Shown: positions 10,474 through 22,999 of the stretch, piece after piece
Numbering within the stretch: position 1 is the first letter of the stretch
Layout: each line of letters begins with the position of its first letter
Source of the DNA: Felis catus
Lineage: Eukaryota
Assembly (NCBI RefSeq): GCF_018350175.1
Contig: NC_058368.1
Coordinates: 51,275,815 to 51,339,814 of the forward strand
Length of the DNA stretch: 64,000 nucleotides
Direction of reading: 5' to 3'
Translations under genes and position numbers: made by a program
The notes under the pieces: generated by a model
What the model was told of the DNA's origin: nothing
The model's database searches: none
Seen by the model: only the letters and a program-made list of their open reading frames with translations

Positions 10474-13049
10474 CTACGATAATCTAAATCATTTTATACT
10501 CAAAGACTGTTTTAAAGGCAAAAAAGTTCTGTTAGGAAAATTAAAAATTAAAGCATACTAAAATCCTAACTAAATTAATGATCACCAAACTGCGGATAAT
10601 TTTTCAAGGCACAGAAGATCAAGTAAGTGAAAAATATTCATTGTGAAAATACATGACCAAACATGCCAAATGCTCATGCAAAAAAATGCTTAATAATTCT
10701 TTCACTGTGCTAGATGAGCACAGAGTTAAGAGTTGCCATTCTTAAAGAGAAAAAGATAAAATGTCTCTGAAAAATTAAACACAGCATACACAAAAACAAT
10801 TACTGTTATTTTAATTGCCTTAATTTCATTCTGTTAATGGTGCATTAAGTAAATACTTAGTATTTACTAAGGTTAAATAGTAAAAACAGATTATGCATAT
10901 ACATACACCAATCTATTAACATAACAAAACCAATCAATTCAGGGTATGTTAAAGCTGTGGCTACCAGGCACCATCAGGTAACCCAAGAGAATGAAATGGG
11001 ACATAAAATGTGAGAAACATTTGCTAATTTTACCAATTACCCCAGGTAATGCTATCAGAGAGATTACCAAAAGATATTTTCCCTTCATCTCTTCTCCGTA
11101 TGTTCCGGTCCCTAAAATTTGAAGAAATCAACCTACTTTCTGTATGTGAACATCAATCAGCATATGGAGGAAGGAAGTGGTTTGTATAAATGCCTGGAGA
11201 TGTTTGGACACATGAGCTGTTTCTCCAAGAATTCAGATAATATAGTCATTATAAAGATATCTTAGAATACTTCCATCCAGGTATCATTTACTCTCCTTGA
11301 TATACACTCTACCACTCAACCTTCACAATGTTGGAAGACCTCATTTCTGACAAAGTATCCAAAGAATTGGGCCTAGAAGTCTCAAATCACTAATATCTCC
11401 TATCCTAGAAGTAAACTCGTTTTCCCCCCAAAATGTAAGGTCTATTCCAGGCATATTTTCCCCAAGGTATGAAACATTCTATTAGCTTACATTCTGTAGC
11501 TTCCAGATCTTTAGAATTTTAATTTAAAAATCAACATTTTATGCCTTCTGTCTTCTCAGACTGACCTACGTCACCTTCAACATGTATCACAGTACTCATC
11601 CTCATTCAACCATTAAGGTTATGAATATTCACATTTCCTTAATTTGGGAGTTCTACTAAAGTGGTATGATTTTTATAGCTATATTTACTTTGTCCTTTTG
11701 TGACCATATGTCTCCTTATCTATTACTTTCTACTTGTGATTTTGAGAGAGTAGCTATCTGTTGACACTAGAAAAATAAGAATGATAAAATACATGACATC
11801 ACAGGTCACAACAAAATTAAATGAGAGAAAAGTAAATGAGAAGAAGAAGCATATAGGTGATAGGAATTATTCTGAACAGTACATCATACCAAATGCCAAG
11901 CATTAAAATGTAGTATTCAACAAAGTTGAAAGCCTACCGTGCGCAAAATATAATATTTAACATTTTGGAAGAAAAGAATATGAGTAAGAAGGGATTCTTA
12001 ATGAGTCCTTAACCTTAAGGAGCTTAACAAGAGAAGTAAAAGGTATACAAATACAAATGGGCTGAAGGGAAGAAAAACAAACTAAACATTATGGGTAAGA
12101 AGTAGAGCTCTTCTACTTCAACCTGAGAAAAGAGAGGGAAACCTAATTTCCCCAGTACTTATGTGATTCCTACCCCCAATCTTTTGCTTTGTCAGCCCTT
12201 ATCAACTAGTTTTCAGTTCCCAAACACAGCAGGCCTCCATAACTTTGGACATTTGATTCTTTGTCACTTTTTCCTGACAACCTTTCTTCAAGACTTCTTC
12301 CCTCCTCACATATCACCTAGGTGAAGTCATTCTGTAACTTATTACAATGCAACTTAATTATCTGAATGTGGCATGTCTGCCATATTATACAATGAGTACT
12401 CCAAGAGCAAGAACTGCACTCCCATCTTATTGATTTCATATCCCTTCCCTCCCCCTCTTCACTCAATGCTTACTTCCCATCTTAGTATTTGGTACGTTAA
12501 TAAGGGCTCAATAGTCCTTAAATGAACAACCAATAAATTTGTAAATACAGCATTACTGGGAAGTACAGAGAAGACAAATGTCAACAGAAATTTTTGAGCT
12601 TGGTCAACTAGGAAAATTTAGTAAAAAAGATAGGAAAAAAATAGGAAGGGAAAGCATCCTAGACAAATGAAACAACATAAAGACTCCAAGATGTAAAATT
12701 GGACAGTGTGTTCTAAAAAGGGCACAGTGCTCTTCTTCTTCTCCTTCACTTTTTTTAAGAGCACAAAGTTCTAACAGAACACCAGCAGCTCACAAAAAAG
12801 GGTCTGCATTCTTCATATTTATCCCTGATCTTACCATTGATCAAAAAATATTTTAAAAAATACATAGTTATATATAATATGAAAAGTCAATGCTACTTAT
12901 CTGAACTACAGCATTACTAAAGTGCTAAAACAGAGTGAAAGTCACATTTGTACTAAGTGAGGGTTACCATCAATTCTTAGCAAAGTAATGAAGTATTGTT
13001 AGGCAGGCTAACAGTTAGCTACAGTACCTGTCCGCAATGACAACACGAG

Positions 13050-13144
13050 TACAGAGCCCGACACAGGGCTTGAACCCACAAACCGCAAGATCATGACCTG
13101 AGCCAAAGTCAAACACTTAACTGACTGAGCCACCCAGGCGCCCC
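13050..13144 (-). mobile_element. Can-SINE (partial, head only)
   Basis: tRNA-derived head ggggcgcctgggtggctcagtcagttaag on the minus strand. Confidence 0.85.
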
Positions 13145-15731
13145 TAAAGCTTATTCTAAATAGGGTTACTTATGGTGATTTTTTAAATAGTTCATCAAGT
13201 ATTTACTCAGTGTTCAAATTTCTAATCCTCACCCCACCATCCCCAACAGTTTGAGTCAAGATTCAGATAAGGTACACACATTGATGTGAATGCAAAATTA
13301 TTTTAATTAAAAAGGTTGAAGAGGTAGATGTAAAGACTGCAGAAGGCAACTTTTTGGTATTTTTGTATCTTTTTAAGTTAGTGGCATCCATCCTTGGTTA
13401 TTTCTAATATTATTTTTTATCTCCTGCATTCTCTGTCTCTCTTTACTGAGGACTGTTTTACAATTATTAGCCATAATTATAGTTGATTTATTCATAAATT
13501 GACTCAAGGAGAAAGGGAGAGTGGGTGGAAAGTGAATGTGTTTTTTTCCAGTAGTAAATGTAGTAAGAGATGCAAATGAAGAGGTAGAAAGGTACATTTA
13601 TTTAGCTTATTTGTTCCCTGAGAAGGTGAGATAGAATCCTTATTCCTTCCATCCCCTATTAATGTTTGGCCCTGCGGAGTAACATATTCCTTATGTTAGG
13701 GGCCCTCGCGGGTCCCTACAGACAAAACCTTGAAAAATGAGCCTGTTCTCACCAATGCCAGGCTGACTGTGTGAGTCCTCATCTAACACCTGCACTGAAG
13801 CAACTTTATACCAGGTCTGTTTGGAGCCTTAGGCCTGTTAGTTTTATCCCCTCTGTCATTTTTGGTGACCACATAAAATATAAACCCTCTGTCATCTACC
13901 TGTTCTAGTATTTTTATACTAAAACTACTCTATGCTTCTCTAGGAACCAGCATCAAACTATTGCCATTTGTCCCCTGACTTTGTATTGTATCTAAGAGGA
14001 CCCCTCCCCCAATGGTAAACAAATTCGCTTTCATCTTTAATCTTGCCAGTCACAGTGTTGCCATCATCTGTGTCTTTGGTTTGATGTGGATGATCGCCCA
14101 ATTGCTGAGACTTTTAGTTCTTAGACTGAGGCAGTTAGAATGACTGTCACTTCCACTCTACTTCAGCTACCTGCTCATGGCCACATTAACGGCCCATATC
14201 ATTCAGTAAAACGCCCTATGAAATCAAGTTCAAATATTCTACTTTATCACACAAACTGCCTATCCTTCTAGTTCTTTAGGTAGACTGCACTCCTACATTG
14301 TTCCAGGATTTTATTCTGCCTCCAAGTCCCTTGGACCTCCACTTGTCCTTTCACGTTTCTAACGGAGGCTGGATTCCATGGTTGGTGATCTCAAGGCCTC
14401 TTTCGTCAGCATCTGAAATCTTGTCCCTCTTTTTCTGTCACAGCAGCCCAAAATTCCAGCCAGTGCTATAATCTAATTTCTTGGCACTTTTGATTCTGGA
14501 CACTTAGGGCTATGGGTGAGGAAGGGCATCCAGAATGGATACATCCAGTGGTCTCTCTGGGTCCTTAGGGACCACTAATCCAAAAACAAGTAGTTTCTCT
14601 TCAGATCCATCAGTTTCTCTTAAAGGCTATTCCAAACCTTGACTGCATTTCTAAACCCTCTGACTTAACTCATTTGTTTCAATCTCAACTGATGCCTTTC
14701 CTCTCTTCTATTTTATAAAAATCATGCTCTTCTTCAACCTCTTCCTTTTCCCCCTCCATCCCTAAAAACTTACCTACTGCCATACATATGCCCTCCCCTC
14801 CCTCACAAAACAACTCTCCAAATGAGCCCTTAATTCCATTTTCTCCTCCTTTTTGGTCTTCAAATGTCTTATCTACATCTGTATTTACCTCTTTTTACTG
14901 GCATCTTTCTTTTAATTTGTAAGGATTTCAAATCACCACCATCCTTAAAATAAAGGAACTAGAAAACCTCAGCCTTATCAATGATACCAGGCTTTCTGAG
15001 TTATTTACATTAAAATAGAACTCATGTCATTCTTCAGCATAAAAAAAGGCTAGAAAATACCACAAGTCATTTCATTTTATGATCTTCACTATTCTGTCTC
15101 TAGATTTTTTCAAATAAGTCAGGGACAACCTCTTTCACATTCCAGTGAAAACCCATCAGGAAGTATTTGTATGGTTCACCCATTTAGCTTTCTTTCTCAC
15201 CTTTGTTACTGCCCTTCTCTCTCTGACCTCAACAATAAATAGTCTCTTGAATGGGATTTAGAAGCATCAAATAACAGAACACCACTGTTCCAAAATGAAA
15301 CCATGGGATTTAAAACTTCAACACACGGCATTTCTTGCTCCTCCTTTCTACCTTTGTTTAGTGTCTTGCTTCATCTGTGTGAATATCTTTCTCTTCCAAA
15401 AGCATCTCCTCAAATGAACAAAGGAATTAAGAAGAAAATTTTGGAGTGGGGGTTGGTAGTAAAGATAATATAATTTAATCCAATGCCTTATCAAGGATTG
15501 AAAATACACAAAATCTAGACTAATCAAAATTTTAAACATAAACTGTCAATAAAACAAGAAAATGGTTATTATGTTATCTCATTTAAAATATAAATTTCAT
15601 AATCCTGAGGAATATTTGGTTAAATAGTGGTTTCAAGCCATTTAAGGCTACCTTTTCGGCCACAGATGATAAAGAATTATTATTTCTCTTCCATACTAGT
15701 CCTTCTTCCAGAGGGTCAAAATTCTTTTCAC

Positions 15732-15846
15732 TTTTTTTTTTTTTAAAGATTATATTTTCAAGTGATCTCTACACCCAACATGGAGGTCAAACTCACAAGT
15801 GAGATTGAGAATCGCATGCTTTATTGACTAAGCCAGTCAGGCAGCC
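15732..15846 (-). mobile_element. Short diverged Can-SINE
   Basis: Diverged head plus polyA (T-run on plus). Confidence 0.7.
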
Positions 15847-16999
15847 AAAATCCTTTTCATTTTTAACTGTAGATGCAAATCTGAGGAAAATTAAAGATCT
15901 GGTTTATTTATTCAAAAGTTTGTATTTTTAATTATGTATTTGTCATTGCTTAGCTTAACCTTAGTAAAACAGTACTCCAACACTCTCTAAATTTTATCAC
16001 ATATTATTAGTAAAACATACACAGAAATATATCTCTCCTCACTGTACTATTATAAAACATATATAAAATAATATAAAGTATGAGATCAACAAATAGAAAT
16101 AGAAGTTCAATTATATTTTTCCTCAAAGAATCATCTTCTATAATTGCCCCTTTGGAAAGAGCACATTACTCTGGACTATCAAAGAGGAAAACAAACAATA
16201 TATTGAATGATTTGATATAATAAGCTACCTTTATATGCTGCTGATTTTTAAGAAATTCAACTGTTTAAAATACTAAGGTTTTTTTTTAAATAAAATTTTA
16301 CCAGCACTATTTATGAACAGTGTCATAAGGAGTACATACATTTGATAGTGATGAAAAGGAAGAAAAATCACATATTTCTGTTTAATTATAAACAGAGCTA
16401 TGAGTTTATGGCAATTTTTGGACACTGGTGCTAGCTAAGTACTGTACTGCATTTGTCAGAGGTTCAATAAATTCTCTGACATTAGGATTTAGCTTTTAGT
16501 TCTAGTTGGAACACTGTAACACCACTAAGAGACTAAAACTCCTTTTCATTTTTACACAATGGTATTATAACCCAAGAAAGAAAAGAGTCAAACTTAGACA
16601 AACACAGGGAATTAACTACAAAATGCCAACATACAACAGAAATGTTATACATCTTTTTGAATGTATAGTAACACTGAGTTCACAACTTTTAGTTTAGAAT
16701 TCATTGAAAACAGCAGTGTGAATAACAGACAACTACTCTCATTCCCTACATCTTTGAAAGGAATTCCAAAGGCCTAGTTTTAATTTACTACTTCCTGCCT
16801 GTGACCATAATAAGTACCAGTGCTTAGCTTTGCCAAACTCCACCTTCATTGCACAGAAGCTCTTATGAATTCAAGCACTAACAAAGCAAAAGTTATTTAG
16901 TTGTGGTTTACCTCAGAACTGAAAAGCCTTAATTAAAGAAAGCCCTGTAATGAGGACAGAGTGTACCTATTATGCTTTTTAAAACCACCTTTTACTTAC

Positions 17000-17140
17000 G
17001 TCAACAGGGACCAGAAGACTCTTGCCAAGGTGTTGATTAAAGGACAGGCACCAGGCTTCAGTGTAACCATTCATGTTAGGAACATACTTCTTTATTGTCT
17101 CATCATTCAGTCTCAGCCACACACCATCATCATTATGGAT
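17000..17140 (-). CDS. MYCBP2: MYCBP2 exon (IHNDDGVWLRLNDETIKK...EAWCLSFNQHLGKSLLVPVD)
   Basis: 141 nt, ag/gtaagt, phase 0-0. Confidence 0.95.
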
Positions 17141-17827
17141 CTACAAGACATAAGCAACAACAAGCCATGCCCACCTGTAAGTCCTAGTGGGCTTGCAAGG
17201 GCTACAGGGCTACAAAGCAGGCAAATAATAGTGGACATGAAGATTAAACATCTAGTTTTTGCAGGCGGTAAGTAAAAGAGAAACTTCAAGGAAAAAGCAG
17301 CAAAGAATGCCAAGAAATGTGGTAATTCACATGGTGAGACAGTAAAAACAATGTCCCTTATGAGTAAAAGCGCAAAGAAATCACACTTTAAGATAGTTTA
17401 AAAATAAAATGTTTGTCTCTCTAAACAACATAACTTCTTTTCTCCCCTCAATTTATGATTTAATAATCATAAGTTTCTTGGTTGTATTACTAGAAAAATA
17501 TGCTGTCCAAAGTTAAAGCAATACAATGAACACATTTAAAAACAACACTTAAAATATTTAAGAAAAGCTGTACCCATTTTCAGTGACTACTTGTACAGCT
17601 TCTACTTGTTAACTGAGCTTCTTTCATGTTAAAAATATAGTTTAGTTACTTTTTTGTTGATAAAGAAAAAGAAAATGTTTGAAACTCAACGCATCTGCAA
17701 AACAACTTTCCAAATGCTATCCAAACCAATTAAAACATACTAACAGAAAATTTAGTAATATTATTATACAAACAATGCAAAAACTTTCTGTTCAAAATGT
17801 ATTACCAAGTGTTTCTTTACAAATTAC

Positions 17828-17944
17828 CTCATCAATGAAAGTGATAGTTCCATTGACTTTTACTATGCCTATCTGCTCACTCTGAAGGGAAGGGTGGCTA
17901 CGGATACGGAGTCCTGCACTGTCCTTGGCCACAAATTTTCGAAC
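17828..17944 (-). CDS. MYCBP2: MYCBP2 exon (VRKFVAKDSAGLRIRSHPSLQSEQIGIVKVNGTITFIDE)
   Basis: 117 nt, ag/gtaatt, phase 0-0. Confidence 0.95.
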
Positions 17945-18645
17945 CTGGGAAAGGCAAAGACAGACACTTGAGATAGAAAATCATAGAACAGAGATCTTAT
18001 AAGTACTAAGAAAATTAAACAGGTTTGAAAGTATTATAATTCAGAGAAAGTTTCCAAAATTATTTGTAGTTGCTTTCTCTGTGCAAGTTAACACTGGCTT
18101 ATTTATAATGAAAGAATTTTAGAAGTATTAAAACGTACATATTTACAATTTCCTTTCTAAACTTTGAAGACATATGATAAAAAAGAGAAAAGAGCCATAG
18201 TTTTCCTTTTAGAAAGGTATGATACAGATTCTATTCCTAGTGTTACCTTTTTAATAAGGAGTTTACCCCAATCCCTATATTTACTTTTTTAGATGTTAGG
18301 AAATTATTTTTTTCTTTTAACAGTATAGGATACTTTCCTTATAAACTTTATGCACTTAATTTCACTAAAATTTTTGTTAATCGTATACTGTCAATAACAG
18401 AAAGTACACAAGGCCTATAAATTACTATGGCATTATACAAAGAAGCCTAAAGTACAGGTCCTATAATTTAGAAATGATTAGAATTATCACAAAATACTCT
18501 TCAAATTTATTTAGGGATATTTAATATTCAAAAACTGAAGTCAACTAAAATATTAGATGTTTGATGACCACCTTGAAGCATCAATGAAGAAAATTAGTAA
18601 ATCACTCTCTAATCGATTCAGGTTCTAATTTTATTCTATCCTAAC

Positions 18646-18743
18646 CTTATTTGGTTGAGGTTCAGTCTTTGGTTTGACCAGCTGAGTTCCTGGTGGTATC
18701 ATCCCTTTTGGGGGGTCTTTTACTTTAACTTCTAGGCCAGCAT
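18646..18743 (-). CDS. MYCBP2: MYCBP2 exon (AGLEVKVKDPPKGMIPPGTQLVKPKTEPQPNK)
   Basis: 98 nt, ag/gttagg, phase 1-0. Confidence 0.94.
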
Positions 18744-18834
18744 CTGTAAGAATAGAAAGATAATTGTAACATTTGTGAATACAAGGGAGAGAGGATCCTT
18801 AAACCTAACCTTGCGTACATTCACAAACGATGTT

Positions 18835-18867
18835 TTTATAATTTTTTAAGCTTATTTATTTATTATT

Positions 18868-18902
<35 letters not shown>

Positions 18903-19297
18903 ACAAGCAGGGGAGGCACAGAGAGAAAGGGAGACACAGAATCTGAAGCAGGCTCCAGGTTGTCAGCTGTCAGCACAGAGCCCAATGTGGGGCTCGAACC
19001 CACAGACCATGAGATCATGACCTGAGCTGAAGTCAGACACTCAACTGACTGAGCCACCCAGGTGCCCCCAGACTATTTTTATTTAAGTTTATTTATTTTG
19101 AGACAGAGAGAGAGAGAAAGAGAGAGAACAGAGGAGGGGCAGAGAGAGAGGGACAGAATCTCAAGTAGGCTCCATACCATCAACACAGAACCTGATGAGG
19201 GGCTTCATCTCAAGAACTGATCTTAAAAACCATGAGATCATAACTGAGATGAAATCAAGAGTCGGACGCTCAACTGATTGAGCCACCCAGGCACCCC
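18835..19297 (-). mobile_element. Two tandem Can-SINEs (about 18835-19068 and 19075-19297)
   Basis: Two heads, (CT)n tracts and A-rich tails. Confidence 0.9.
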
Positions 19298-19389
19298 CAA
19301 CAGACAATTTCAAACAAATAAAATAAGTATCAAAATACTGTCTTTTTAAGGTGATTGATATTTAAAAGGTAAAAAAAAAAAAAACAAAA

Positions 19390-20315
19390 GCTAAGAAACA
19401 CTCTTAACTATAGAGATCATACTGATGGTTACCAGAGGGGAGGTGGGTAGGAGTATTGGTTAAATATGGGATGGGGACTAAGGAATGCACCTGTTGTGAT
19501 GAGCACTGGGTGCCGTATGGAAGTGCTCAATCACCATACTGTACACCTGAAACTAGTATTACACTGTATGTTAACTAACTGGAATTCAAATAAAAACTTA
19601 AAAAAAATCAACAACACAAAAACAGGTGTTGGTGAGGATGTGGAGAAAGGGAACTGTCTTACTTGTTGGTGGGAGTGCAAACTGGTGCAGCTAGGCTGGA
19701 GGAAAGTATGGAACTGCTTCAAAAAGTTAAAAATAGAACTATCCTACGATCCAACAATTGTACTACTAGGTATTTACCCAAAGAATAAAAAAAATTCTAA
19801 TTCACAGGGATACAGGCACCTCAACGTTTACAGCAGCATTATCTACAACAGCCAAAATAATGGAAATGGGCCAAGTGTCCATCGATTGATAAATGGATAA
19901 AGAAGACGTGGTATACAGGTATACATATACATACATACACACACAATGGAGTATTACTCAGCTCTAAAACAGAATGAAATCTTGCCATTTGCAACAGCAT
20001 GGATGGAGCTAGAGAGTATTACGGAAGTAAAATAAGCCAAAGACAAATACCATATGATTTCACTCTTATGTGAAACAAATGAGCAAAGTGTAAAAAGAGA
20101 GAGAGAGGCAGCCCAAGAAACAGATTCTAACTATAGAGAACAAACTGATGTTTCTCAGAGGGGACATGGGTAGGATGGGTTAAACAGGTGATGGGGATTA
20201 AGGAGTGCACTTGTGATGAACACCGCATGTTGTCTAGATAAGTTCACCTGAAACTAAATTATACTGTGTTAGTTAATAAAACTTAAAAACTTTAAATAAA
20301 ACTTAAAAAAAAAAA
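19390..20315 (+). mobile_element. Carnivore L1 3' fragments (ORF2 tail plus 3'UTR, two pieces)
   Basis: CWWECKLVQ remnant, L1 3'UTR text present twice, polyA at about 20306. Confidence 0.85.
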
Positions 20316-20739
20316 GGAAATATTTGAAAAGGGGCCTTAACATTCCAAATGAGTCTCTCAGAAGTTCAAGGAAAAGACAAAGGGTTCCTATTCTTTATCT
20401 GGAACATATGAAATGATACTGAAAAAAATAAAAAGAAAAGAAGAAATCCTTGTGAGATTAAGTGTTATCTTACAACATCAGATCACTGCACCAGATCACC
20501 ATATCAAATTACAACATCAGTACCACTTCATCATCTACACCAATCACCATTCTGACCAGCAGGCGGCACAGCACGGTGGTTAATAGCTGGGGTTCTCATG
20601 TTATACTGTCTTGGTTGTTCCCATATCTGCCGCTAACTGTCTGACTTTCTGTGCCTGTTTTCATCTATAAAACGAGAATGAGAAGAGCACCTCTTTCACT
20701 GAGGTACTGTAAGAATGAAAGAATTTAAAATATGCACAC

Positions 20740-20944
20740 GGGGCTCCTGGGTGGCGCAGTCGGTTAAGCGTCCGACTTCAGCCAGGTCACGATCTCGCGG
20801 TCCGGGAGTTCAAGCCCCGCGTCAGGCTCTGGGCTGATGGCTCAGAGCCTGGAGCCTGTTTCCGATTCTGTGTCTCCCTCTCTCTCTGCCCCTCCCCCGT
20901 TCATGCTCTGTCTCTCTCTGTCCCAAAAATAAACTTTGAAACAA

Positions 20945-20985
<41 letters not shown>
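20740..20985 (+). mobile_element. Young SINEC_Fc inserted in a MIR-like relic
   Basis: CpG-rich body, (TAAA)n tail, TSD aaaatatgcacac. Confidence 0.93.
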
Positions 20986-20987
<2 letters not shown>

Positions 20988-21909
20988 AATATGCACACAC
21001 ATAAGGTGTGCATAAAACAGTGCTAGAAATATATTAACTGCTTGAAAAATACTAGTTATTAATATCACTGTTACTCTAATGAATTATTATCTATCCTTGC
21101 TTATGGTCAAGCAAGTCCCAGTCTACTGAGTTTGGTCACCTTGGGGAGAGAGCTGAGTTTGTAAGGTAGGAGAGAAAATGGGTGATGCTAAGTAAATATG
21201 AATCTTTTTCTTCAGTTTCATTTCAAAAAACAAATATAAGTGGATTTTTCTTATCTACTGTGCATCAGCTTTCTTCACCCCACCATTACTGAAGATGAAG
21301 ACACTCTTGACTCCCTTCACTTTTGAATTCTTGTAATTGGTACCTCTCGCATGTCACTACTTATATTCTACTTCATCTGATTTTGTTTGCCCATTCTATC
21401 TTGCAATCATCAGTAAGTTGTTAAGCCTCAATAGGAATGGTCTTACCTAGAACAATGTTTTGCTTAGAATCAACTAAAGTTTGCCAAACTAAAAGCTTTA
21501 TGGATATGTTGAAATAAAGGAGAGTGCAGCAAAGACTGAAGATAAAGGTCTCTGGAACAGTACAGGTGAATTTGATATATCTGATTCCATATAGTTACAT
21601 TAATATATATTCTACACAGTTATATCAACATATCTCTTTACCTTCACTATAAAAACAAACTACTTAAACCAGAGTTCCCCAAGGGTATTTTGGTGGAATG
21701 TTAATCAGTAATTGCTTTTATCTCTACCTTGACTCCCTCTTCCTTACATGCAAAGGGTCTCAGGAAAAGGGTTAAACAAAGTTAGACAAGATTGTTAATT
21801 TCAGGGCACTTTAGAATCCCTGTTAATGTGGATTATGTGTGAACTGTATGAATATCTAAGAGGAGAGTTTTAGGTTTTCTAAATCTACCTCATTATAGAA
21901 GCCCTTTTA

Positions 21910-22131
21910 CTTTTTTTTTTTTTTTTAAATTTAATTCTGAGAGAGAGAAAGGGAGAGAGAGTGCATACGAGCGAGCAAGTAGGGTAGAGAGAGACAGAGA
22001 CGGAGACAGAATCCCAAGCAGGCCCTACGCTACCAGCGTGGAGCCTGATGCAGGGCTCAAACTCACAAACCATGAGGTCATGACCTGAGCTGAAGTCAGA
22101 GGCTTAAAAGACTGAACCACCCAGGAGCCCC
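21910..22131 (-). mobile_element. Can-SINE
   Basis: TSD agaagccctttt. Confidence 0.9.
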
Positions 22132-22751
22132 AGAAGCCCTTTTTCTTGAAAAACATCAGGAAAGAGTATTATAAGGAATTCACATTGATAAACATTTATT
22201 AGAGCTTTCTTGTTTTGCTGTTGTCCTATTATATGAATAGTTTAAAAATAAAGAAAAGTAAATGATTAATGCTGAAAGGAAAAGCAATATACTTTTCAAA
22301 GTTAGTGGTGGATAAAGAAAATTCATCCATTCAATAAATATTTATTGAGCAGCCACTGTGTGCCAGGAACTGAACTAGATTGGGAGATACAAGGATGAAT
22401 GAGATGGTTTCTGCTCTAAGCCAGGAAAGGAAGACAGACCATGAGGGGGAGATGAGGTATTCACATGGTTATAAATTTAGCATCATAAAGATCATACCTG
22501 ACCAATCACATTAGAGAATGGAGGGGGGAGTCATGAGAGCTATATTGATACTATAAATTATTAGAAAATTTTGAAATGTTATGAAGGTACTAATTAAGTA
22601 CTCATCGTAAATGAGGAAATGAAGCCCCAAATAAGTAATGAAAACTGTCCATATCTATGATACAAGTTAAGGAGAAAATTAGAAAGACAATTCTGTCTAG
22701 TTGTTTGCAGAAAGTAACCATAACTTAAAAAAAAAAAAAAAAAAAGAATAC

Positions 22752-22867
22752 CTATTTCAATGCCATCAATGGTCACATGAATAGTGTAGAGTCCAATAGC
22801 CCCTGGAGTCCAATTTGCACAATAAGTGCCATCATTATTGACACGGATCAGCATATTCTCACTGGGT
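22752..22867 (-). CDS. MYCBP2: MYCBP2 exon, filamin-type repeat C-part (PSENMLIRVNNDGTYCANWTPGAIGLYTIHVTIDGIEI)
   Basis: 116 nt, ag/gtattc, phase 2-1; DGTY..W.P...G.Y.I.V.I.G filamin signature. Confidence 0.95.
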
Positions 22868-22999
22868 CTGAAAAGAAATAAGATGGATATTGGAAAATTT
22901 ACTTTTGGTTAAACAGCTGACAACATCATTAACGTAATTTCTAATGGTATTATTTACGATGAATGTCAATCCTATTGCCCTGCGATAGTATGTTTTCCT

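Noticed and set aside
10690..10760. Strong acceptor-like tract (tttttctctttaag) upstream of a GCAUG cluster
   Set aside because: Stop within 5 codons in the incoming frame and no good donor; cannot define an exon, though a poison exon is not excluded
13600..13850. GC-richer patch with a small imperfect hairpin
   Set aside because: Probably an old LTR/MER fragment; family and function cannot be supported
20740..20830. tRNA-like A/B boxes
   Set aside because: SINE heads derived from tRNA, not tRNA genes
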